Shown here piece by piece: positions 26,806 through 36,724 of a stretch of 64,000 nucleotides of DNA (positions within the stretch are counted from its first letter, which is position 1; each line of letters begins with the position of its first letter). The DNA is from Octopus vulgaris (Eukaryota). A model generated the notes under the pieces. That model was not told where the DNA came from and did no database searches. It was given only the letters and a program-made list of their open reading frames with translations. The DNA is taken from the NCBI GenBank assembly GCA_951406725.2, contig OX597817.1:45942001-46006000 (forward strand), written 5' to 3'. The translations under genes were made by a program, and so were the position numbers.

Positions 26806-27608
26806 AGTGGTACAACAAGGCACCAACATTTACTGGAAATAGCAGTCGATAATTTTACAACGTTATACTGAAGCTTTACTGTATACTTTCTGGCAACGAT
26901 GTGTGCGGGCAGTGAACATATAAATACATACATACATACAGACCGACAGGCAGAGAGAGAGAAGACAATAATACCCTGTTGTTGATGTTTATATCCCCAT
27001 GATTCCCCTTGGATTTCGGTTAGAAACCGCTTCTTTCTCTCTTGGCAAGAAATCTTGAAACTGAATAATGGCATACATATATATACATGTATCTATCTAC
27101 CTTGCTTCTCGATCTATCTATCTGTTTATCTATCTATCTGTCTATCTGTGTGTCTATCTGTCTGCAGTTGCTCTTTCCAGATTACAAGTTCAGCTTTATA
27201 CCTGTAATTATTGGGTTCTGAGTTATGTAATACACTGCATAAATAACTAGGTTTCTCAAAACCAGAAAGGAGAAAGCTGTTTCGATGACTACTGATCCAA
27301 ACCATCTCTGGAACTGTAAAAGTTTGTAAAATTTCCCAGTTTATCATTTATATATATATACACACAGACACACATATATATATATGTATATGTGTGTATG
27401 TGTGTGTGAGTGTGTGCGTGTGTTTGTGTATGTGTGTGTAACTATATATATGTGTGTATATATATATATAAATATATATACTACATCTAATGTAGGATAA
27501 ATTTTTTTTCGAAAAAACAAAATTTATCAATGGCCAGCATATTAAAAATACCTTTAAAGGTTAATCTTATAAATAAATGATAAAATAACTTATAAAATAT
27601 TTTATAAG

Positions 27609-27646
<38 letters not shown>

Positions 27647-27651
<5 letters not shown>

Positions 27652-27846
27652 GTGACAATTATTCGACAGCCATGATAAAACTCCGAGTTTCGTATGTTGG
27701 GGCGGAGACCCACACCGGCATCTTTTCAGTTATCGGGCCATCGAATTTTTCGATGGCCCGATAACTGAAGATATGCTGGCGTGGGTTTCCTCCCGACATC
27801 CGAAAATCAGAATTCTATCATGGCTGCCGAATAATTGTCACATATA
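27647..27846. repeat. ~200-bp fold-back palindrome with a hammerhead-like motif in each arm
   Basis: Perfect centre ttcagttatcgggccatcgaa/ttcgatggcccgataactgaa, with arms diverging outward to tgtgacaattattcg/cgaataattgtcaca. Confidence 0.8.
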
Positions 27847-27923
27847 TTTAAGGATAAATTCCTCTATTGACATAATATCAAGGTCTCATTCATTCTTTTC
27901 TTGTCTTGCCATTTCTATCAATG

Positions 27924-27958
<35 letters not shown>

Positions 27959-28007
27959 GAAAAAACAAGTAAAAAATAGAAAATGCTAAAATAATTTTAT
28001 AGCGAAC

Positions 28008-28053
28008 ATTTCAGTACCGGTTTCGGTCATTTTGAGACCTTTTCAACTGTAAC
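28008..28053 (-). ncRNA. pLTR minimal hammerhead ribozyme (U3:A8 variant), copy 1
   Basis: Reverse complement of 36355-36400. Confidence 0.7.
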
Positions 28054-28380
28054 GATTAAATAATTAAATTTAGAAAAATTAGAAGAAAAGTTTTTTTAAA
28101 AGAATATTTCTATAGTAGTGTTCAGATTTAAGTGGCATTCTGCCTTTCTCTGACTCCCTTGTTTGCACTTGTGTGTTCGAGGTAGTTGTGAGTTCTTGGT
28201 AGGGTAGTAGAGGGAAGGCTGGTGAGGAAAGGGGGTGGGAGAATCTGGGAGTGCCCTGATGGTCGTATTTTGAATGGTCAGTGGCGGCTGGCAGTCTCAG
28301 TTCAATTCAGGATTGTTTATAGAATTAGCGTAGGTGTTATACTAAAAAACATTAGTGACAAACTTAAGGGGTAGGGGGTG

Positions 28381-28645
28381 GAGAAGAAGAAGAAGAAGAA
28401 GAAGAAGAAGAAGAAGAAGAAGATGATGGTGATGGTGGTGATGATTATGACGACGATGATGATGATAACGATGATGATGAAGAAGAAGAAGAAGAAGAAG
28501 AAGAAGAAGAAGAAGAAGAAGAAGAAGAAGAAGAAGAAGAAGAAGAAGAAGGAGGAGAAGGAGAAGATGGTGGTGATGATGGTGGTGATGATGATGACGC
28601 CGATGATGATGATAACGATGATGATGAAGAAGAAGAAGAAGAAAA
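28381..28645 (-). repeat. Duplicated (TTC)n-(ATC)n compound microsatellite in the PLE 3' UTR
   Basis: Also present at 32790-33012 and 35803-36027 with different repeat numbers. Confidence 0.9.
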
Positions 28646-28775
28646 AAACAGAGAAGGGAGAATATGAATGGGTGTAAATATAGCTATGAAGGGGCTGATT
28701 AGTAATGGATTCTATGGAGTGTAGTATTTGTGTGTGTATATATATTTTTTTCTTTTATTCTAAAGTTGAGGTATA

Positions 28776-31129
28776 TTAATTGTTTGTCGTAGACCCGTTA
28801 AGAAGTGGCTTGTATTTTGTAATAAAGAGATTTTCTTTACTTATTCTTTGTCTCGAGGTTGTATCGTCCCTAAATTGGTAGAGGGGGAAAATTCTGAAGT
28901 TTGGTGTTTTTTTGTTGGCGCAAGTATCTATGTGTTGGCTAAAAGCTATTTTTCTGTTTTGGGAATTTTTATCTGGGATCTGTGCAGGGCCATTCGTTTA
29001 CGCAAACCATTTTTTGTTTGGCCTATGTACTGCTCTTGACACCCGGAGCAGGTTAGTGAGTATATTAGGTTCTCCGAAGCACATGTGAAGTTGCTTTTCA
29101 CTGTAAACCGTTGTCCCTGTTTGAAGGAGAACTCAGAACCCTCGATTAGATAGTCGCATATCCCGCAATTGGGTCTTCCACATTTTTTTACTGTCGGCTT
29201 CTGTGTTGAAGAGTGAATTCGGGCTTGTGTAAGGAGACTTTTCATGGATCTAGGCTGTCTTTTGCTTTTTATGATCGTGTGTGTTTGGAGGATTGTGTTC
29301 ATTCTGTGGTCTTTTTTTAGGAGGGGTATGTTGTGGAGGATGGTGTCGAAGGCTTCGTTATTGAGAGGGTTGTGTGTGGAGATGTATGGTAAGGCTTTTG
29401 GTTGTAAGTTTTTCTTTGATTTGGGATGTCTCAGTTCCTTGATGTTAAGTTGAAGGGCACGTTGAATGCACTTGTCAATAAGTGAAGGTGGATAGTTCCT
29501 GGTGATTAGGGTATCTTTTAGTTCTTGTAGTCGTGTGTCTCTGGTGTTTGCGTTAGAGACTATAGTGCATATCCTTTTTGCTAGATTGAAGGGGATATTC
29601 ATCCTGGTGTGTCTGGGGTGGCATGAATTGAATGGAAGATATTGCTTAGAGTCTGTAGGCTTATAGTATATGTCTGTTTCTATTATATTATTAGCTTTCT
29701 TAATGAGGATATCGAGGAAGGGGAGTTGTTGTTGGCTATATTCCATCGTGAATTGGATGTTTACGTCCAGTCCGTTTAAAATTTTCTGGAATTCTATGAG
29801 TTTTTCTATATTTTTATGCCAAAGGATGAAACAGTCATCTAGATATCTCTTCCAGTTGTTTTCTATGTAGATGGAGAAAGGGCTGCCATATCTTTCTAGA
29901 ACCTTACGATACAGACTGATCTCTAGGTATCCTATGACTAGGTTGGCAAAGGAGGGGGCCATTCGTGTACCCATCGCAGTCCCCGATTTTTGTCGGTAGA
30001 AGTTGTCATTGAAGGCGAAGAAGTTATTTTCCAGGATGAATTTAACCCCTTCTATCACAAATTCTTTTTTGATGCGGTGTGGTAGTTCGTTGGCGTGATT
30101 CTCTAGCCAGAATTGGATTGCCTCTAGTCCTAGGTTGTGGGGGATATTGGAGTAGAGGTTGACTACATCGAAGGATACCAGTATGGTGTTTTTGTTTATA
30201 GTATTCGGTAGGTGATTGAGCATATCTAAGTCGTCCCTTATATAGCTTTTGACATGTTTGAGGAGTGGTTTTAACAGGGTGTCTAAAAAGTTACTGAGGC
30301 GGTGGGTTTCGCATGCGGGACCTGCTATTATGGGTCTCAATTTGAGGTCATTAGGATTAGGGACTTTAATTATTTTGTCTGTAGCTATCTTGCATGCGTT
30401 GCTTATTTTTTCACTTTTGTGGATCTTAGGTATACCGTAGAATTGGCTAGTTTTACTTGTGAAATTGGTCATATAATCATATTCTTTGTCGGTGAGCCCT
30501 GCTTTGTATGGGTTTAATATGGATTTTAGTTCCCTCATTATTTTTTGTTGACTGTAGTTTTGTGCCTTTTCATAGTATGTTGTGTCTTCCAGCATAGAAA
30601 GTACCAAAGTTATGTAAAATGTCGTATCCATTAAGACAACAGCACTCCCTTTATCGGCCTCTTTGATTGTTATTGTTTTATCTAGTTTTAATTTGTTCAA
30701 CTCAGCCCATTCTTTTTTGCTGAAGTTTGGTTTGTGTTTTTGTTTGTGCATATGTTGATATGGGTAATTTGATATGTGGTCACAGAAATCATCAAGTGTT
30801 TTATTCTTACCTTTCGAGGGGGTGTAGTTACTCCTATTTCTGGCTAACGATTCGTCCTCGTTGTATTTATCGTATAGCTCCTCAGTAAGTCTTAATTTTC
30901 TGCAGAATTCTGCGATGTCTTCTTTCATTTCATTGTAGTTGGGGTGTTGTGGGGTGGGTGTAAACTTGAGTCCTTTGGAAAGTATGTTTATTTGGTTTGC
31001 TGTTAGTTCCTTGTGAGTTAGATTAATAATTTTTATTACTTTTGGTTCCTCCTGCTTGTTTGGTGCTATCTTGTGTCTCTGTGTTTGCGTATTGGGTCTA
31101 AAAAATGAATGCGGTGGTTGGGACGGTAG
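28776..31129 (-). CDS. PLE ORF2: reverse transcriptase + Cys linker + GIY-YIG endonuclease. The frame opens at 31129, the first ATG is at 30928, and a 1-nt deletion at ~28961 breaks the C-terminus.
   Basis: IINLT...LSKGLKFTPTP, IKEADKG, SFDVVNLYSNIP, QKSGTAMG, RYLDDCF, LPFLDILI, YYKPTD...SCHP, CGRPNCGIC, NLIY...YIGQT...RM..H. The intact end is seen in copy 3. Confidence 0.93.
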
Positions 31130-32352
31130 CTAGTATATAGTTGTTCTTTGTTGATTAGGGGTCTCCTGTTGTGATTTGTGGTGTGTGTTCTTGGAGCAGT
31201 ATTGAGGAGAGCATCCCGATATCCCATATTCGGGTGTGGTGTTCTAGGAGGCCTTCGTTGGTAATCATTGCAAGTGGTGTGGGTTTGTTGTGCATGGTTG
31301 TTTAACCGGTTAATGGGATGAAGATTTCGTTGGTAACTCCTTTGGGTGGGGATGAGGTTGCAGTGTCTATGCTGTGGGTGTTGATTTATCCTTTCTCTGC
31401 TTGAAGTGGGGGTATTCCTGATATTGTATCGCTGGCTGCTTACAGAGTTGGGGTTAGGTCCTGTATTCTTTTTTTGATAGTAGTGAAGGTTCCGATTTTT
31501 AGACAGGTGTGTATCGGTGTTTGGGTGTTGTTTTGGTTTTCTTATTTTCTGGAAAGGGTTGTTGGAGGCGTGCTCTGTTTGAAAGACGGCTTCATAGTCT
31601 GAGAACCAAGTGGCGCTTTTCTCCCAGCGTTGGAGAGATTTTAGTTCTTCTTTTTCACAGTCCTCTTTCCATAATTTGGATAACTTCTCTTGATCTGGGC
31701 CTTGGGTCATTTTGCGAATTTCTTCGTTGATATCTTCATCGGTGGATTTTATTTTATCCTCATTCGTTTGGGCCCTCAATTTCAGAAGTTCTATTTCCAT
31801 TTTCATTTTTTCCAGTGCCATTCTCTCCCTGAGGTGTCTTTGTGTTTCAGGTTCTTCTGTAATAGCTTTGAACTGGAATTTACGTGGGAGGATTAACGGG
31901 GTCCGGTTGAGCCATTTTTCGTATATATCCGCTTTGTTGTTGTTTTGGATCATCTTCCAAAAGGCGAACTTTCTATCTCTGAGTGATTTGTTCCATTGTG
32001 GTATTATGTGGTGTTTCATTTGGTATGTTGTTAGAGTATTGATCCCATATATTGACGCGTTTGGAGGTCCTTGGTTAGCGTTGTTAGAGAAAAATGTTCT
32101 AATTGTTTCGCATAAGTTTCCAAGGTTTTCGACAATTTCGGAAGTTGTATTTTTCGTATCTGTTTCTTCATTGTTCTCTCGATTGGGTTGAAGTGTCGAG
32201 TCGAATTTGTTCAAAAAAGTTGACAAATTTGTGTTGATTTTCTTGAGTTCTTTCAGTATTTCTTCGTTTATGGAGGTGATTGTGTCTGTTTTTGTCGGCA
32301 TTTTCTGTATCTCGTGTGGGTTAATGATATGTATAAGGGTGAAAAGGAACAC
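31066..32352 (-). CDS. PLE ORF1: predicted coiled-coil N-terminal half and basic low-complexity C-terminal half. Likely ATG at 32301.
   Basis: 428-codon uninterrupted ORF between the pLTR and RT. Heptad-like RERMALEKMKMEIELLKLRAQTNEDKIK and an R/N/H/P-rich tail. Confidence 0.8.
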   Translation of the reverse strand: MFLFTLIHIINPHEIQKMPTKTDTITSINEEILKELKKINTNLSTFLNKFDSTLQPNRENNEETDTKNTTSEIVENLGNLCETIRTFFSNNANQGPPNASIYGINTLTTYQMKHHIIPQWNKSLRDRKFAFWKMIQNNNKADIYEKWLNRTPLILPRKFQFKAITEEPETQRHLRERMALEKMKMEIELLKLRAQTNEDKIKSTDEDINEEIRKMTQGPDQEKLSKLWKEDCEKEELKSLQRWEKSATWFSDYEAVFQTEHASNNPFQKIRKPKQHPNTDTHLSKNRNLHYYQKKNTGPNPNSVSSQRYNIRNTPTSSRERINQHPQHRHCNLIPTQRSYQRNLHPINRLNNHAQQTHTTCNDYQRRPPRTPHPNMGYRDALLNTAPRTHTTNHNRRPLINKEQLYTSYRPNHRIHFLDPIRKHRDTR

Positions 32353-32417
32353 ACGAGTTGATATATATGAAAAAACAAGTAAAAAATAGAAAATGCTAAA
32401 ATAATTTTATAGCGAAC

Positions 32418-32463
32418 ATTTCAGTACCGGTTTCGGTCATTTTGAGACCTTTTCAACTGTAAC
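32418..32463 (-). ncRNA. pLTR minimal hammerhead ribozyme (U3:A8 variant), copy 2, just upstream of ORF1
   Basis: Identical to copy 1, 4410 bp away. Confidence 0.7.
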
Positions 32464-33132
32464 GATTAAATAATTAAATTTAGAAAAATTAGAAGAAAAG
32501 TTTTTTTAAAAGAATATTTCTATAGTAGTGTTCAGATTTAAGTGGCATTCTGCCTTTCTCTGACTCCCTTGTTTGCACTTGTGTGTTCGAGGTAGTTGTG
32601 AGTTCTTGGTAGGGTAGTAGAGGGAAGGCTGGTGAGGAAAGGGGGTGGGAGAATCTGGGAGTGCCCTGATGGTCGTATTTTGAATGGTCAGTGGCGGCTG
32701 GCAGTCTCAGTTCAATTCAGGATTGTTTATAGAATTAGCGTAGGTGTTATACTAAAAAACATTAGTGACAAACTTAAGGGGTAGGGGGTGAAGAAGAAGA
32801 AGAAGAAGAAGAAGAAGAAGAAGAAGAAGAAGATGATGGTGATGGTGGTGATGATTATGACGACGATGATGATGATAACGATGATGATGAAGAAGAAGAA
32901 GAAGAAGAAGAAGAAGAAAGGAGGAGAAGGAGAAGATGGTGGTGATGATGGTGGTGATGATGATGACGCCGATGATGATGATAACGATGATGATGAAGAA
33001 GAAGAAGAAGAAAAAAACAGAGAAGGGAGAATATGAATGGGTGTAAATATAGCTATGAAGGGGCTGATTAGTAATGGATTAATGGATTCTATGGAGTGTA
33101 GTATTTGTGTGTGTATATATATTTTTTTCTTT

Positions 33133-34204
33133 TATTCTAAAGTTGAGGTATATTAATTGTTTGTCGTAGACCCGTTAAGAAGTGGCTTGTATTTTGTAAT
33201 AAAGAGATTTTCTTTACTTATTCTTTGTCTCGAGGTTGTATCGTCCCTAAATTGGTAGAGAGGGGAAAATTCTGAAGTTTGGTGTTTTTTTGTTGGCGCA
33301 AGTATCTATGTGTTGGCTAAAAGCTATTTTTCTGTTTTGGGGAATTTTTATCTGGGATCTGTGCAGGGCCATTCGTTTACGCAAACCATTTTTTGTTTGG
33401 CCTATGTACTGCTCTTGACACCCGGAGCAGGTTAGTGAGTATATTAGGTTCTCCGAAGCACATGTGAAGTTGCTTTTCACTGTAAACCGTTGTCCCTGTT
33501 TGAAGGAGAACTCAGAACCCTCGATTAGATAGTCGCATATCCCGCAATTGGGTCTTCCACATTTTTTTACTGTGGCTTCTGTGTTGAAGAGTGAATTCGG
33601 GCTTGTGTGAGGAGACTTTTCATGGATCTAGGCTGTCTTTTGCTTTTTATGATCGTGTGTGTTTGGAGGATTGTGTTCATTCTGTGGTCTTTTTTTAGGA
33701 GGGGTATGTTGTGGAGGATGGTGTCGAAGGCTTCGTTATTGAGAGGGTTGTGTGTGGAGATGTATGGTAAGGCTTTTGGTTGTAAGTTTTTCTTTGATTT
33801 GGGATGTCTCAGTTCCTTGATGTTAAGTTGAAGGGCACGTTGAATGCACTTGTCAATAAGTGAAGGTGGATAGTTCCTGGTGATTAGGGTATCTTTTAGT
33901 TCTTGTAGTCGTGTGTCTCTGGTGTTTGCGTTAGAGACTATAGTGCATATCCTTTTTGCTAGATTGAAGGGGATATTCATCCTGGTGTGTCTGGGGTGGC
34001 ATGAATTGAATGGAAGATATTGCTTAGAGTCTGTAGGCTTATAGTATATGTCTGTTTCTATTATATTATTAGCTTTCTTAATGAGGATATCGAGGAAGGG
34101 GAGTTGTTGTTGGCTATATTCCATCGTGAATTGGATGTTTACGTCCAGTCCGTTTAAAATTTTCTGGAATTCTATGAGTTTTTCTATATTTTTATGCCAA
34201 AGGA
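33133..34204 (-). pseudogene. 5'-truncated PLE ORF2 (thumb + endonuclease) with two 1-nt indels
   Basis: Near-identical to 28776-29826. Indels at ~33260 and ~33573. Confidence 0.9.
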
Positions 34205-35663
34205 CGACTTAGATATGCTCAATCACCTACCGAATACTATAAACAAAAACACCATACTGGTATCCTTCGATGTAGTCAACCTCTACTCCAATATCCCCCA
34301 CAACCTAGGACTAGAGGCAATCCAATTCTGGCTAGAGAATCACGCCAACGAACTACCACACCGCATCAAAAAAGAATTTGTGATAGAAGGGGTTAAATTC
34401 ATCCTGGAAAATAACTTCTTCGCCTTCAATGACAACTTCTACCGACAAAAATCGGGGACTGCGATGGGTACACGAATGGCCCCCTCCTTTGCCAACCTAG
34501 TCATAGGATACCTAGAGATCAGTCTGTATCGTAAGGTTCTAGAAAGATATGGCAGCCCTTTCTCCATCTACATAGAAAACAACTGGAAGAGATATCTAGA
34601 TGACTGTTTCATCCTTTGGCATAAAAATATAGAAAAACTCATAGAATTCCAGAAAATTTTAAACGGACTGGACGTAAACATCCAATTCACGATGGAATAT
34701 AGCCAACAACAACTCCCCTTCCTCGATATCCTCATTAAGAAAGCTAATAATATAATAGAAACAGACATATACTATAAGCCTACAGACTCTAAGCAATATC
34801 TTCCATTCAATTCATGCCACCCCAGACACACCAGGATGAATATCCCCTTCAATCTAGCAAAAAGGATATGCACTATAGTCTCTAACGCAAACACCAGAGA
34901 CACACGACTACAAGAACTAAAAGATACCCTAATCACCAGGAACTATCCACCTTCACTTATTGACAAGTGCATTCAACGTGCCCTTCAACTTAACATCAAG
35001 GAACTGAGACATCCCAAATCAAAGAAAAACTTACAACCAAAAGCCTTACCATACATCTCCACACACAACCCTCTCAATAACGAAGCCTTCGACACCATCC
35101 TCCACAACATACCCCTCCTAAAAAAAGACCACAGAATGAACACAATCCTCCAAACACACACGATCATAAAAAGCAAAAGACAGCCTAGATCCATGAAAAG
35201 TCTCCTCACACAAGCCCGAATTCACTCTTCAACACAGAAGCCGACAGTAAAAAAATGTGGAAGACCCAATTGCGGGATATGCGACTATCTAATCGAGGGT
35301 TCTGAGTTCTCCTTCAAACAGGGACAACGGTTTACAGTGAAAAGCAACTTCACATGTGCTTCGGAGAACCTAATATACTCACTAACCTGCTCCGGGTGTC
35401 AAGAGCAGTACATAGGCCAAACAAAAAATGGTTTGCGTAAACGAATGGCCCTGCACAGATCCCAGATAAAAATTCCCCAAAACAGAAAAATAGCTTTTAG
35501 CCAACACATAGATACTTGCGCCAACAAAAAAACACCAAACTTCAGAATTTTCCCCCTCTACCAATTTAGGGACGATACAACCTCGAGACAAAGAATAAGT
35601 AAAGAAAATCTCTTTATTACAAAATACAAGCCACTTCTTAACGGGTCTACGACAAACAATTAA
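34194..35663 (+). CDS. Inverted 5'-truncated PLE ORF2 (RT motifs A-E, thumb, intact GIY-YIG), 489 aa, with an ATG donated by the inversion junction
   Basis: Uninterrupted ORF ending KENLFITKYKPLLNGSTTNN. The first codons (MPK) come from the antisense strand of copy 2. Confidence 0.8.
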   Translation: MPKDDLDMLNHLPNTINKNTILVSFDVVNLYSNIPHNLGLEAIQFWLENHANELPHRIKKEFVIEGVKFILENNFFAFNDNFYRQKSGTAMGTRMAPSFANLVIGYLEISLYRKVLERYGSPFSIYIENNWKRYLDDCFILWHKNIEKLIEFQKILNGLDVNIQFTMEYSQQQLPFLDILIKKANNIIETDIYYKPTDSKQYLPFNSCHPRHTRMNIPFNLAKRICTIVSNANTRDTRLQELKDTLITRNYPPSLIDKCIQRALQLNIKELRHPKSKKNLQPKALPYISTHNPLNNEAFDTILHNIPLLKKDHRMNTILQTHTIIKSKRQPRSMKSLLTQARIHSSTQKPTVKKCGRPNCGICDYLIEGSEFSFKQGQRFTVKSNFTCASENLIYSLTCSGCQEQYIGQTKNGLRKRMALHRSQIKIPQNRKIAFSQHIDTCANKKTPNFRIFPLYQFRDDTTSRQRISKENLFITKYKPLLNGSTTNN

Positions 35664-36354
35664 TATACCTCAACTTTAGAATAAAAGAAAAAAATATATA
35701 TACACACACAAATACTACACTCCATAGAATCCATTAATCCATTACTAATCAGCCCCTTCATAGCTATATTTACACCCATTCATATTCTCCCTTCTCTGTT
35801 TTTTTCTTCTTCTTCTTCTTCATCATCATCGTTATCATCATCATCGGCGTCATCATCATCACCACCATCATCACCACCATCTTCTCCTTCTCCTCCTTCT
35901 TCTTCTTCTTCTTCTTCTTCTTCTTCATCATCATCGTTATCATCATCATCGTCGTCATAATCATCACCACCATCACCATCATCTTCTTCTTCTTCTTCTT
36001 CTTCTTCTTCTTCTTCTTCTTCTTCTCCACCCCCTACCCCTTAAGTTTGTCACTAATGTTTTTTAGTATAACACCTACGCTAATTCTATAAACAATCCTG
36101 AATTGAACTGAGACTGCCAGCCGCCACTGACCATTCAAAATACGACCATCAGGGCACTCCCAGATTCTCCCACCCCCTTTCCTCACCAGCCTTCCCTCTA
36201 CTACCCTACCAAGAACTCACAACTACCTCGAACACACAAGTGCAAACAAGGGAGTCAGAGAAAGGCAGAATGCCACTTAAATCTGAACACTACTATAGAA
36301 ATATTCTTTTAAAAAAACTTTTCTTCTAATTTTTCTAAATTTAATTATTTAATC

Positions 36355-36400
36355 GTTACAGTTGAAAAGGTCTCAAAATGACCGAAACCGGTACTGAAAT
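36355..36400 (+). ncRNA. pLTR minimal hammerhead ribozyme (U3:A8 variant), copy 3
   Basis: ttacag-TTGAAAA-GGTC-tcaaaat-GACC-GAAA-ccgg-TA-ctgaaa. Palindromic stem III accggt, GUA triplet, predicted cleavage after 36393. Confidence 0.72.
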
Positions 36401-36483
36401 GTTCGCTATAAAATTATTTTAGCATTTTCTATTTTTTACTTGTTTTTTCATATATATCAACTCGTGTGTTCCTTTTCACCCTT

Positions 36484-36537
<54 letters not shown>

Positions 36538-36660
36538 AAGCTCTTCATACTTGTAAAAATAAAATGTGTAAAGTATATCTCTACTTCGATATATTGAATG
36601 ATATTTCAGTTACGTTTGGACAGTTTCTTTGAGTATACATACGCTGCATGCATTATAATA

Positions 36661-36724
36661 TGCACGAGCATACATATGCACGAGCATACATATGCACGAG
36701 CATACATATGCACGAGCATACATA
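36661..36724. repeat. 16-bp minisatellite (tgcacgagcatacata)x4
   Basis: Four perfect copies. Confidence 0.9.

Larger units (their letters stand above)
27958..36490. mobile_element. Penelope-like retroelement locus (EN+ with Cys-rich linker, Neptune/Naiad-like): full unit, tandem partial copy and inverted partial copy
   Basis: Direct repeat period 4410 bp (27961 = 32371). Inverted arms 32330-34204 / 34612-36490. RT and GIY-YIG ORFs. Both ends in (TA)n. Confidence 0.95.

Noticed and set aside
31509-32389. Plus-strand ORFs antisense to PLE ORF1 (and similar ones antisense to ORF2)
   Set aside because: Shadow frames of the real minus-strand ORFs, with no motifs.
27958-34204. Long direct repeats as true LTRs of an LTR retrotransposon
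   Set aside because: The repeat includes ORF2 3' coding sequence and lacks TG..CA ends and a PBS. There is no protease or integrase, and the RT and GIY-YIG are PLE-type.
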